A stretch of 64,000 nt of DNA, from positions 37,536,001 through 37,600,000 of the forward strand of contig CP068257.2 in assembly GCA_009914755.4 (NCBI GenBank), in the 5' to 3' direction. A program made the translations under genes and the position numbers. This document shows, in pieces, positions 38,901 to 54,857 of the stretch (positions are counted from its first letter, which is position 1; each line of letters starts with the position of its first letter). This DNA is from the human T2T-CHM13v2.0 reference genome, Homo sapiens. The notes under the pieces were generated by a model that did no database searches, was not told where the DNA came from, and saw only the letters and a list, made by a program, of their open reading frames with translations.

Positions 38901-41900
38901 TACAGAAGCATTATAAAATTTTCATTGGCATTTTTAAAATTGGAGCATTTAAAACAGATTTGAGAATGAGAAAAGAATGTCTGACTCAAAATGAAAACAT
39001 ACTAGCCTCTTTCATAAACTCCTAGAATCTTGACATTATTGGTTGCTGTGGTTGGTGGATAAATCAAATCCACAAAGTGGGTAAACCCTCTAGGTGCAAG
39101 TTATAAGCTCCCTCAAGCAAGCCTTTTATCAGAAAAGACTTGAGATATTCTCTCCTCTGTCTGCCCTTCATTGATAAGCAATGAAATGACCCCAAAACTC
39201 AGAAAGCAAATAACATTTATCAATGATCTTCATCCCTCCCAAAGCAGAAGTTTCCAAAAACATCCCATAAACTGAAGTACCCCAATGGCTGTAGAATAAA
39301 ATGGTTTCTGTAACTTGCTGTGTTTTTAAACAGTTCCGTTTTCTAGGGGGAGCTGGTAACACTGCAGTATGGCAGCATCAGGTCAAAAGACCATCAGAAA
39401 TAATTCCATGAACTAGTTCATTAGCTTATTCATTTTTAGGGTTCATTTACTCAATGATGGGCACCACACAACTCTGAATTTTTGTTCTTATTCTGGAACT
39501 ACAACTAATCTAGCTCATCACAATACAGTTTTCTCTCACCCCTAGAAAAACTCAGATTTGTGATGGCTATTGCAATTTTTAATAAAAATCTCATAAAAGC
39601 CTTATTTTGAAATATGAATTCAGGGACTTTATACTTAACTGCTTAATTTGCTTTTTAGAAGCAATACCTTAAGAGCATTTCACACTAAATGCAGGCAGAA
39701 TCAGAAGTAAATACTTGTTTTCAATCTACCCTATTACTGTACTACTGGAAAGAAACCAGGCCACAGACAATCCAATGGCAAACCCCTTTTCCAGCAGGGC
39801 TCCTGACTCGCTTCAGTTCCCCTATCCAAGCTCATATGTAAAACTCACAGCGCTCGCACCCCTATATTCTGCCTGCATGAAAAGAAATTACCAGTGGAAA
39901 AGAGGTTGGGGAACCACTTGGGACAAGTCTGGAATTAACCAGCTAGAATGTATTTGGCTTGGAGTAGTGTTTTGTTTTGTTTTTTAACTCTTTTGCTTGT
40001 TAAGATGAAAATGCTAAATTTATTATATCCCATTTAAGAACTGACAAAAATCATCTAAATGAATAGATTAATTTAGAACATTAACGATCTTATGTGAAGT
40101 GGAAAACTAAAGATCTGCTTGACAGGCTCATGTAATTTTTTGATTGGGATTTTGTAGGTGAATATATAGTTGCAGTCCAAGGACTGATTCACATTTAGAA
40201 AATTAACTTGAATATATCAAAAATTAAAGATCCCTTTAACTTTTACCCACTGATCAAAAAAGGTAATTTTTAAAATGATTTACCTTGTAAAACAAAGGGG
40301 TAGAGCTGCTACAGTCCATCTAGGCTCTATATACTGGTCATCTCATTTCAGTTAGGTCAATTGGACTGCCTCTTCTCTTTGGCAGTCTAAAATCTCATTT
40401 AAGGGCTTTAATAAATGAAAAAACTTACCTTAAAACTGACATAACTAAAATATGACCAGAAAGTATACCATAGCATTGATAATTAAATTCAAACTATTGG
40501 TCTTGCCATACTTGAGAAACAGATGTATAGTCTAATTATTTACATGTTGCCAAAGATAGAGCCTGCAGATTGGTAGAATCCAAATGATGTGACTCTCCCC
40601 CTCCCTCCATCAAATCTAGAAAAGCAATTCTTGAGCAGACACCAATTTAAAGATATTTTTCTACCAATTTAACAATATATTAGGAACCAGCTTGGCAGAT
40701 TATGAAAAAGGTAAAAATCTCTTACTTTTGAGAATCCCCATGTATCCTTGGGCAACATCTCTGTAATTTAACAGCCTTTAAAACTTAAAATCGTAAGAAA
40801 AGACAACACAGCCCTTAGCATTACATACTTTACTTTTCAATCCTTAGTATTCACAGTTTGAGCTAGGAATTAACATTTGCTAATCTAGTTGGACTCAGTT
40901 TTTCCCACAATGCTCTATTTTCTCACCTAGTTTTGACAAATTTATTCCTTCTCTTCCCAAATACTAGGATAAGAGACAGTCTCAAACTGTTAAGTTGCAA
41001 ATTTCTTGGGGTTTCTGCTTTATTATTTCCTTGATATCCACAGCAGAAATTCAGAGGTATAACTTCAACATTAACAGGTGAAAAGTTCTACAATGACTTG
41101 TTGCACTCCATCACATTAAAATAATTGAACTATAATTTCCATACAACATAAGAAAACTACAGTATTTGGTGACAACTGCAAGATACCTGATAAATAAATA
41201 TATCAACTTACTATTCATGAAAAGAATGGAGCTGGTTATTTCAGCTTTAAAAGGGCAAAGCAAAAAGACCATTTTCTAGCCATTTAAAAGTTACTCAAAA
41301 AATTGATACAATGGAGTGGAAAGGAAAACAAAAAAGATCGTAAGCACCTTTAACAATGTTCTTGCATTCTACTGATATACAAACCTCTGGGGTTTCAGTT
41401 GGCACAATCAAGTTCAACTTGTACTAACAGAAAATATTAAAATTCTTCCTATTTAGTTTTTAATATCAAACAGGGAGGTTAGTAAATTGTTTTCTGATTC
41501 TTCTACAAAAAAAAAAGTCTAGAAGACAGAGGGAATGTAGTGTGCACCCCTTATTCTAAGTGATAATTTTTACTTACGAGGTCATAACGAGTGCAAAGGG
41601 CTTAGTGATGCATCTTATTCTTTACTTTTGGACAGTAACACCCTCAGATGGTATTTTTATTGGTTTGTTTTATATTCCCCTTTTCCATTTGCCCTTCTGT
41701 TTTGAAGTGCTTTTTCTTAAAACTTAAGTTCTTTGCCTCCATTTTCTTATAAACCCAATTTCCTCTTTAGGTGCAGCTCTACTATTTGAAAGGAACCTTT
41801 CTGTTGTAATTTACAAGCTGTGAGTAACTGCTATATCATTGTTTCCAAGGATTAATAAACTGAGAAATGATTTAATCAGATATTTGCCACTTACAAAAAG

Positions 41901-43261
41901 GGAGGCTGACCTTAGGAATTATTTGAATATGGGATAAACTTTTCCTTTTATTCATAAGTTACTTCACATTGTAAGTATACCTTTTTAAATAAGGAGGACA
42001 CGAAAAAAGAAAGCTTTGTTAACACTCATCTATCTTGTCAATGTTTGAAATCATTTTTCCTTTATATGCTTGGTAAAGTGAGTCTTTCCAAGAAAGCAAA
42101 AATCAAATCTGAGTACTTCAAAGCCTGTAAAACCATAAATGAATAAAACCATAGGACTTTGGACATACACAACCAAAGTAGTTTTTGTTTTTCACATACA
42201 CCATTAAGTTGAACTTCAAGTGCAGTGGAAAGGTACAGCACTTATTTCTGGATCAGTTCACATTCAAATTATAACCCTTTATCTTTTTCTCAAGAATACT
42301 ACAAACTGACCCTAAACATTAAAGTACACCTGTGCATTAAATCCCTGGGCATTTTGCATAACGTAGAAAAAAAAGGCCAAACATGTTCTAGTGCTCAATG
42401 TAAACATTTTAACTATTAATGATTTATTAATTTTCCTTAAAGGTACTTAGGAGTGTGTGTGTCACATATTCAAAGTTAACCTTAGGAATAGCACCATAAC
42501 CAAAAAAACCCATAAAAATTATTTTCTCCATTATCTCTCAGTTTTATTTCATAACTTGAGAAGCTACCATTGTCGGCTATGCTTTTAAAGACATCAGGTC
42601 CATTCTTGCTGCTTCTGATGAAACCAAATCTGATTAAAAACCAAAATACCACTTCTGTATGCAAGGGTCTAACTATTTTGGACTGAAAGAAAAAATGGTA
42701 ATTGGATGGCCAGTCAGTGACCAATTAATGCAGTCCAAATAATCAGAATAGTTCTATTAATGAAGCCTAAACTGTCAAAATATTGTTTTATACCAAAAGA
42801 ATGTATGTACTTATGAATGTATTCCATATTTATTTATGGATTTTTTTGGTACCTTTTTGCAAATGATGGTAAACATGGAGTTAAAACCTGAGAACAGATT
42901 ATAAAAGAGAAGGTTAAGAAGAGTTTAAATAAATTAATGGATTTGACATCTATCACCAGTTTTTAAAATTAGCAAAGTAAAAGGCATCCCATTAGTCTTT
43001 TCAGTCTTAGTCAAGGACAATTATCATGAATCAATCTGTTTACTATCTACTTAACACAAGTTCTGAGAAGAAAAGCATCATAGTTCTGAAATGGTGATAG
43101 CTCTCTAAGCCACAAATGAGAGGAGGTTTCCCACCTATCTCAGTTGATAATGTCCAAAAACATCCTTCCCCATGCATCAGAGTAGAAAGAAAATGTACCT
43201 TCTACTATGTCAAATGGAATAGATAACTACAAAATAGGAACACTTCAGAACATTCTCTAAC

Positions 43262-43490
43262 ATTAATACCAGTCTGATGCTTCGCCTTGTCTGCCACTTC
43301 AAAGATACACAGGAGAAAAGGTTTTGTCTGAAACCAAACACAATTAGGGCTAATAAATAACATTGTCTAATATTGATACCAGTCTGATGCTTCACCTTAT
43401 CTGCCACTTCAAAGATACACAGGAGAAAAGGGTTAATTTTGTCTGAAATCAAACACAATTAGGGCTAATAAATAACTTACAGGTGGGGTA
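43262..43490. repeat. Direct tandem duplication, two units of about 115 bp, in the BRWD1 intron between exons g and h
   Basis: ataccagtctgatgcttc(g/a)ccttgtctgccacttcaaagatacacaggagaaaagg...caaacacaattagggctaataaataac repeated twice with a few substitutions and a short indel. Confidence 0.9.
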
Positions 43491-44834
43491 CTGTAACATA
43501 TCCCTTACCCACTAAATATGTAAACCATTTGAATCAAGTCCATCTTCAGGCACAAACAAGTTAGGAATGGCCATCTACACTGGAGTAGCATAACCTATCA
43601 AGTATTTGGTTAGAAAATAAGTGTACTATTTGTGTGATAAACTTTCACTTTAAATGGATTATAAAATTATTTTCCCACAAAACATGACAGTTTCTTATAT
43701 TTGGACTAGAAGTCACTAATAAAGATACATTTAGTTGCCCCAGCAAAGAATGCTTAGGATTGCACATGGAAGCAGTAAACTAAAACAAAGAGATGGAGAA
43801 TGACATTTAGCTATTTTCCTATATAGATAAGATTTGCAATTGTACTCTTAACAAAACTCACCTCTACAATTGGAATACAGATGGGGGAAACCTACATATT
43901 AACTTAAATACTCTTTTAGCCCTGTACACTCTATTAAAGAACACACTTCTAAATCTAAGGCACACGAATTCCTCTATTTCACAGAGTAAGATTATGGAAG
44001 AGCAAGATTTTGGTTAAATCCCTTACAATGGAAACCAGGAGATCTTGGACAGAAGACAGATTATATAGCATTTTGTTAGTGCACAATTTAAAAGAAAATG
44101 CTCTGACTATGCTCTGGTCCTAGAGGTTTAAAACATGCACTCAAATCATTAAAAATAATTTACCAGCACTTTATAAATTCAAGTTTATAACATAAAAGTG
44201 ACAACGTTTTCCTTAAGAAGAAAAAAACCCAACAGCACTTGGGAAGAAAATTAGAAACCATTTCAATGAAAGTGACCAGATCTGGTATAATGCATTCTAC
44301 TCAAGTAGCCAGGGGAAGAAAAAAAAAAAAGTGGTAGGTACCTCGCCTACTAATCATGGTTACACGTCCCATGATTATAGTGTCAGTATGCATGTATTTA
44401 TGAAGAATCTGTAAACATAGGTTGTGAAATTGTTGTAACTACTATAGAACAGGGGTTAGAAACTACTGCCTCTTTGACAAATTCAGAAAATAACTGCATG
44501 ACACTTGCTGCCATGAAAGTAATGCTCATTGGTTTTGATAACCAGGATGTCTAGTGTTTAACATATTTCAAACTCTTGCTATATGTAGTCAAATACTGTC
44601 AAAATAGATCTGCCCCCAAAATGAAGCATATTTTGGCACCTGTGCTGAATGCTGCTACAAAGACCAGCAAGTGCAAATAAAAATAACAGTCATGATTTAG
44701 TCACATTCATAACTTTTCATAGAAAAATATAAATATATTCCCTGAATTGTAAGACAAAAAAATAATTTTAACAGCCAGCTTTCACCATAAATGCCAGTCC
44801 ATTTCCTCTTAAATGAACTGGCTTTCCCTCAAGG

Positions 44835-45991
44835 TCATAAGGTGCAACCATTGAAATCTAACACATTTTCTAAACTTCTGTCATCATCCCCATCATGGTA
44901 TCTCACAGTCCTTCTACCCTGATTTCTCGTTTTTATTTTTGAACGTCGAAGAACTCTTTTAGATTTTGCATAGTCCAAATCCTCCCAGTCATTATCATCC
45001 ACACTTAACCTAGGGCGTTTGCTTTGTCTTTGACGTCTCACAGTTTTAGATATGTTAGCTGTAAAAGTTTTACCTTTTCTAACTACTTTTGCTTTTCCTT
45101 TCGTTTTCCTCCTTTTGGTTTTTGTATTATCAGTACAGTCAATATCTGATTCAGTTACAGATCCCAAATCTGATGATTTGGAACTAGTATCAGGTCTAAA
45201 CTTTGAATTCCCAGTTGTTTCAGAGATTTTCACATTTTCCAATTCAGGATGCGATCTCTTCCTTTTTACTTCCTTCTCTGCTGTTTCCTGTGAATCATGA
45301 ATCACTTTTGTCTTACTAAAAGGAGCCTTTCCATAGGTCCTGAGTCTTCTGCCATTCCACCTGCGCAGCCCATAATTCAGTTCCACTTCAAAATTATTCT
45401 CTGCAGTAGCTTTTTGTGCCAAGGTTGACTCTGAAGAAAATGTCCTATCAGTCTCACTCCCTGGAATATGACTTTTTGAATCTTCTCCTGAAGATGTAAC
45501 AGAGGAACTTTTTCTTTTAGAAGGTGCATCTATTTTGTGAATATTGGTATGCCTGTGCTTGTGTTCTGAATTCAACATATCTTCAGAGTCTGAGTCTCCA
45601 TTTAGAGCCTGACTAAGCACTTTTGTACTACCTTCGGAGTCAGGATCAGGTGGCTTGCCTTCACAGGCATACTGTTCACTTGGTACTTCACAATGTACAC
45701 TTCCTTCACAATCACTCAATTTCTTCTTAGCTGTAGTACAAGCAAGATGGAGAGGTTTTTTCCTTCCATTTTTGCTTCTAGTGTGCACATTTTCTAAACT
45801 GACATCTTCTACATCACTCATGAGCTTGATCTTATTGGCAGCCGTAGCTGCACATCTTCGAGTAATCCTCAGGAGACCTGTTCTGGCTTTTGATGATTTC
45901 TTAACCACCTGTAAACTACTGTCTGAGTCACTGGAACAGACCCTTTTCCTGGAAATTTTTCTGCTTAGTCCATTGTCTTGTGATGCAGAAT
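44835..45991 (-). CDS. BRWD1: BRWD1-type large coding exon g (long form read through to TGA at 44837..44835; (D)[63 protein letters not shown] ... RYHDGDDDRSLENVLDFNGCTL*). An internal donor at 45074|45073 gives the short form 45074..45991.
   Basis: ORF 44835..45908(-), 357 aa plus 28 in-frame codons upstream to acceptor aacttttag|AT. Internal AAA G|GTAAAA donor in phase 1, compatible with the exon h acceptor. Confidence 0.7.
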
Positions 45992-47338
45992 CTAAAAGTT
46001 AAAGAGCAGATTTCTATTAATCTTTTGTAAGTCTAAAGGAATTATATGTTCAATATTAAAAACAAGTTCAGAATTCGTATTAATTTGAAGGGGGTATTGC
46101 AGTGAATGGAATGGTACACACCTATTAGTATAGTCATATGTTGCTCAACAGCAAGGATACATTCTGAGAAATGCATCGTTAGGCTATTTCGTCTTAAGCA
46201 AACATCACAGAGTGTGCTTACACAAACCTTACAGTACACCCTACTACACATCTAGGTTATATGGTATAGCCTATTACTCCTAGGCTACAAACCTGTATGA
46301 CATGCTACTGTTCTGAATCCTGCAGGCAGTTGTCACACAATGGTAAGTCTGTGTCTGTGTATCCAAACAGAAAAGGTAATGCACTGCACTAGGACTTGAG
46401 GACAGCTATGATTACTTCACTAAGCAATAGAAATTTTTAACCTTCATTATAATCTTATGAGACCACCACTGTTATGCAGCACATGACTGTACTTTAAAGC
46501 AGTAACTTTTTCATCCTCAGCACCATTCACAAATTCAACACATTCTCAATAACATCCCATGATCTTGACACTATAATATTAACATGAATACAACTAAACT
46601 GTTTACCATAGCACTAGCATATGCAAAGTAATCACTTAACACTCAGCCTCTCTGAAACTCCCCGTAACTCCCCAAGCTCCAATCACACAATTACTTTTCA
46701 TCTTAGTTTTAGCTGTCTTCTGCTCTACAGTATTTTATCAATCCCCATGTACCAGGGGTACAATCTTAATTCAACAAGTTATTTCACCACTTTGTGCTCC
46801 AGTTATTACCTGTAAAATGAACAATAATGCTAGTACCTACTTCATAAAAGAAATGAAGACTAAACTGCTTATTAATGGAAAACATTTAGAAAAACTTCCT
46901 AATAGAAACAGCTCAGTAACTGTTTTATTTGCTATTACTAACATCTCTTTTTATTAAATAGTCCTACCCTTTTTGTCTACTACTTAAGCTATCAACATCA
47001 CAGCTTATAAATGTGCCCCTCTCTGCTTTATTCAAGCCCATCTCTAATATAATATATCCCCATCATCAATACAAGAAGTGAAATCTTCAATAGGCATAGT
47101 TCTTAAGGCCAAGATTGCCTGTTAGGTGAATAAAATTATACTCAATAAAAAGTTACGCATGCACATAAGAATATAAAGGATGAACAGAGAAGGCTAACAC
47201 AGAATGCATGGGAGGGAGAGAAACAGCAAAGAGAAAAAAGTTTCAAGGGAAACTTTTTCGGGGGGAAAAAACCAATGTGTGTAAGAGAAAAGGATGGTGA
47301 GAGTCAATCAGTGAACAAAGATAAATGTTTTGAATTAC

Positions 47339-48628
<1,290 letters not shown>

Positions 48629-48794
48629 TTTTCTTCACTTTTTAATGCCAAAATTCATTTCCTTCCTAAATCTAAGGAACCTAAAGGACATTAACTTAAT
48701 CTTACGTAGATGCATTAAATCAAGAATCTATTCAATTTATAACTTTTGGATTCTTTTGATATACATTCCATAAAAGTACTACTGAGTCTCTTAC

Positions 48795-48962
48795 CAGTTT
48801 TTCTTTGAGCAGCTCTAGTTCTGGTTACCCTGAGATTGCTGCTTCTGGATAGCCCACTGCGTGAGGAGGATTCACGAGCTCTGGAACTCTCTTTGCTTTC
48901 CTCAGAACTACTGGAAGCTGACGATGACAAAGAGGTAGCTAAAGAATCTTCCACTTCACTTT
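48795..48962 (-). CDS. BRWD1: BRWD1-type coding exon e ([56 protein letters not shown] + 1 nt)
   Basis: ORF 48715..49014(-). Acceptor ttttcctag|AA; donor ACT G|GTAAGA. Confidence 0.8.
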
Positions 48963-49280
48963 CTAGGAAAAATAAAGTGTAAATAGTTACATATATTCTC
49001 CTGTCTTTACACACATAAGCAAGCAGTTCATAACATTACTCTGAACATTACATAACATTACTACAAAAGCAGATTCCTAAAATGCTTAGAATATATTTTT
49101 TAAAAACCATTCCCAAAAAAAGCTGATGAAATTTGGAGTATTAAAAGGTACATAATCAGCATTCCAAATAGTTTTTAATTCTATTTCTAAAAATAACAGA
49201 TTAATCCTAGTGTAGATTTACAAAATATAGTTTATGTATTTTATAAACAGACTTCCAATTAAAAATTTAATTAGCTGCAG

Positions 49281-49575
49281 GCCGGGCACGGTGACTCACT
49301 CCAGTAATCCTAGCATTTTGGGAGGCTGAGGTGGGTGGATCACTTGAGGCCAGGAGTTCAAAACTAGCCTGGCCAAATAGTGAAACCCCATCTCTACTGA
49401 AAATACAAAATTAGCCAGGCGTGGTGGCAGGACCCTGAAATCCCAGCTACTGGGGAGGCTGAGGCAGAAGAATCACTTGAACCCAGGAGGGGAAGGTAGC
49501 AGTGAGCCAAGATCGTGCCACTGCACTCCAGCCTGGGCGACAGAAAGAGACTCTGTCTCAAAAATAAATTAGTTA
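49281..49575 (+). mobile_element. Alu
   Basis: ggccgggcacggtgactcac... full sense Alu. Confidence 0.85.
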
Positions 49576-50896
49576 AATTAATTGGATCCATGTCTACTCC
49601 CTTCTGTGATATCAGATAGGTATTTCATATAAAAAAGACACCATCATTTCAATTCCAGCATTTCAGAAGACATAGTTTGCATGTCTCACCATCCTTTTAC
49701 CCATTCCTAACAGCACAGTAAGGTCATTTCTTACATAACAGCTACACGAGAGAGAGAGTGTGAGAGGGAAGAAAAGAAAACTGGCTGTGATACCAAAATA
49801 CTAGACACCAAATTGTGGTTCATCCTTTGAACTTGTTCTACTGTTTGCCCACCTCAGCTACTCCTGTCAACTCTACCATCCATCACCTTGACTCCCTGTT
49901 TTTCCAGGCTCTTCCCCTCCCTCTGCACATCACTGCCAAACTTAATCTTCCTGAAACATAATGTGACTCTGTCACTCAATAAGGAACCCAGTTCAGTAAT
50001 CCAAACTCTTCTGCAAGGCTCGAAAGTTGCTAAACTTTGACTGTACTCTATCTGTTTGATCCCATTGTTTGTAACATTCCCCAAAACGGTCTTTTCATTT
50101 GCACAAAATGCATCCTTCTTTCCTTCAGTGCATTTTCTCATAGTTGCTACTAGGCTGTAATGTGTCCACTTATCACTAGTGCCATTTTCAATTACTCCAG
50201 CATACTCTGATTGGACATTCCATGCTATGAATGTATCCCTTAAAACACTGTACAGTTCTAATGTGATACACATGAACTTGCTTGTCTTTCTCCACGTTTT
50301 ATCACAGTCCACTTCCATTCCAAACTTTTATCTGTATATTTTTCAATGCTGTCAATACTATTTATTGAAATACTAGGTAAAAGATATGTATAAATGATTC
50401 AATTATAACAGTAAATAGTATGCTATTGTCATAATTCAGCAAAACCACTCAGAGCAGTACAGAAATAGATACACACCACAGCCTCATTTGTACAATGTTA
50501 ACAAAGTTAGCATCAGCTACAGTTATGCTACCAGATGGCAACAACATGAACAGTTTAGAATTTACTACGTCATCAGCTTTGAACTTCATTGATTCTTAGT
50601 ACTTCTTAATTTTTAAATTAAAAAGATACAAAAACTTCAAATGCTGCACACCAAGTGTGAAGAATCTATGTATCACGTAATTGACAATTCAATATAAATG
50701 TACCATTCACAAAGCATGGCACTTATAGAAGATAATCGAATTGTTCCATGTTTATTATGTTTATCTCTTCCATTAAACTGTAAGTTCTTTCAGTGTCAAG
50801 GCCACATCTTTATATTTTCCTCTAAATCTCTAGTAATGGCCAGTGTTACACATTTGGGTGCTCAGCAAAGAAATAACATAGTATTTCACTTCTCAC

Positions 50897-51117
50897 CAGA
50901 TAATGTAGAACCATTTGTTATAGGTCTATTTCTTTTCCTCCTTTCTGATGATTCTGCTGAATCTGAAGAGTCACCAGAAGTAACACCTGAAGAGATACCA
51001 GCACTTGTCTTGTGGGTTCCAAGATAAGCTGTCCTACTTGAGGTAGACTGGGTAGGAGAACCTACCAACTCAGGAATTATTTTTGTCTGAGATTTTAACC
51101 TCTTCGGCTTGAGGTTT
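50897..51117 (-). CDS. BRWD1: BRWD1-type coding exon d ([74 protein letters not shown] + 1 nt)
   Basis: ORF 50886..51137(-). Acceptor tttggccag|A; donor TCT G|GTGAGA. Positions verified against the ORF track. Confidence 0.8.
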
Positions 51118-51751
51118 CTGGCCAAACATATGAACAAAGGAAACAGTATTTAACAAAATACAAAGATAATTGGTTCACAGAGAATGACTAAATAGAAGTA
51201 TATCATATTTCTTAAACTGAGAGTAATTTTATCATCAAAACATTAAAATATTCACTATTAACATTTTATTCTGGCACTGATTAGTAGTAGTATTTCCTAA
51301 CTCTAAATTTAACGCACTGTTATTCAAATTTGGAGTAATGAATCAATGTTCCAAGTAAGAGTTACAGAAAATTATTTGAATACCTTACATTCTTTGGATT
51401 AAATGCTAAGAGGAACCAACATTTACGTAATATAGGTATTCATTCATACTACCAATGTAAGCCTCAATAGGACCCAACTTTCTCCTCTCTTATTTCTATG
51501 TCCCTAAAGACAGAATATGGTTAAGAGGAGAAATCAACAAAACCTAAACAGGAAAAGTTAAAAAAAGGCATCAGAACAAAATGATTTTTGTCCCAAGACC
51601 AGACTATTTACATCTAACTGCACCCATTCACCATGGTTGGCCACTAGGCCAGGAATTATGAGAAAGGAGAATGGAAGTTTAAGGCATGTGAGAAATATGG
51701 GTGAATGAATATTGAGATAATCCTATTTTCCTTTAAAACAGCTAAGAAATG

Positions 51752-52008
51752 GCCGAACATGCCTGTAATCCCAGCACTTTAGGAGGCCAAGGCAGGTGGA
51801 TAAATTGAAGCCAGGAGTTCAAACACTAGCCTGGGCAACATAGCATGACCCCATGCCTACAAAAAATTTAAAAATTAGCTGGGCATAGTTGTGCACATCT
51901 ATGATCGCAGCTACTCAGGAGACTTGTTTTAGCCCAGGAGCTTGACATTACGATGACATTATGATCACACCATGCACTCCAGCCTGGGCAACAGAGCAAG
52001 ACCCTGTT

Positions 52009-52047
<39 letters not shown>

Positions 52048-52300
52048 AGACAGAGTCTCTGCTCACTGCAAGCTCCGCCTCCCAAGTTCACGCCATTCTC
52101 CTGCCTCAGCCTCCTGAGTAGCTGGGACTACAGGCGCCCACCACCACGCCCGGCTAATTTTTTGTAATTTTTAGTAGAGACAAGGTTTCACCATGTTAGC
52201 CAGGATGGTCTCGATCTCCTGACCTCGTGATCCACCCACCTCGGCCTCCCAAAGTGCTGGGATTACAAGCGTGAGCCACCGCGCCCAGCCGACCCTGCTT
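51752..52300. mobile_element. Head-to-head Alu pair: diverged Alu (+) 51752-52010 and Alu (-) 52010-52300, sharing a (T)44 tract
   Basis: The poly-A of the first Alu and the poly-T of the second Alu are fused into ttttt...(44). Confidence 0.8.
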
Positions 52301-52455
52301 CTTAAAACAAAAGCAAAACAGCCTTTTAAGTGGTATCTAGACATTGAAGCTTAAAGTTAATCACAATTCTTTAAAGCAATAATTGTCAAGGCTGTAATAT
52401 CAAAAATTTTAAATGCCGTTAATAATCAAGGGAGAGAACAAAAGTAAATATAAGG

Positions 52456-52755
<300 letters not shown>

Positions 52756-53209
52756 TGATCTGATACCACCACCACCTAGGAAGGGGATGGAAGGAAGCTA
52801 TACTAGAGCCAAGTTCCTATATGTACTGTAATAAAAATAGTATTAATATAAAATCGATTGTTTGCAATAGATTGAGATGCATAGTGTAGTCCCCAGAGCA
52901 ACCACAAGGAAATCCCATCAAGGGATATACTGCACAGTTGAAAATATAAATGGAAACAAACTAAACATTGCACAACTCAATTTTTATACTGTAACAACAT
53001 AAAGTACCTATAAATGTGATATTAATCTAAACTACATAGTCAAAGAATATAGAATGTAAATTAATATACAATTACTGAGAAAGTTAATAAATCCTTCATT
53101 TTACATTTCTTTACAAATAATCCTCAGTAATACTGAGGTACATTGTATCAAGGGTACATTTTCCCTTACACAATCAAATGCTCAAAAGACCATACATAAA
53201 AATCACATT

Positions 53210-53560
53210 ATTCTCTACATAGCAGTCCCCAAGCTTTCTGGCACCAGGGACCGGTTTTGTGGAAGACAGTTTTTCCATGGACTGGGACTGGGGCCAGTGA
53301 GTGGGCAGAGTTCAAGACAAAACTGTTCCACCTCAGATCATCAGGCATTAGATCCTCATAAGGAGCACACAACCTGGATCCCTCGCATGCAGTTACAAAA
53401 AGGTTCCTGCTCCTATGAAAATCGAATGCCCCCACGGATCTGACAGCAGACAGAACTCAGGTGGTAATGCTTGTTTGCCAGCCAATCACATCCTACTGTG
53501 TGGCCCAGTCTACACAGGGAGCAGGTGCTGGGGACTCCGACTCTATATTAAAGAGCCAAT
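53210..53560. repeat. Ancient nonautonomous interspersed repeat (MER-class), family unassigned
   Basis: cagtccccaagctttctggcaccagggaccggttttgtggaagacagtttttccatggactgg...ggcattagatcctcataaggagc... matches a common human MER-type consensus by eye. Confidence 0.4.
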
Positions 53561-53774
53561 TCTTATGCAAAATACAAATGACACTTTAAATAATCCTTAA
53601 TAAGATTTGAAAAAATCTATAATTTTACATATTTATAGAATTACAAACCAATACAACAGCTCTATATTCACAGAAATGCTTTCAAGCTATAAAACCCATG
53701 ACTAGTCTTTTCAGAATGTACAGTACTCTAAAGATTAAATAACACAGTCTTAAATTTTTAAAAAAATGCATACA

Positions 53775-54670
<896 letters not shown>

Positions 54671-54690
54671 GCTTGCCATAACCAGTTTAC

Positions 54691-54857
54691 CTGATACTTT
54701 TGTTAGGCTGACTGTCACCTTTACAATTTTGCCGTTGCTTGAACCTCTGGCTTCTTCGAAGTTTTTCATTGAATTTTTGACCAATTTTAAAATCAGAAGA
54801 GATTTTCTTCATTTTTTCTTCAAATAAGGCAGATAATCTCAAGGTCATACTATAAAT
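54691..54857 (-). CDS. BRWD1: BRWD1-type coding exon c ([55 protein letters not shown] + 2 nt): C-terminal helix of bromodomain 2
   Basis: Acceptor ccttgcag|ATT; donor AG|GTAAAC. Continues the bromodomain from exon b in frame. Confidence 0.8.
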
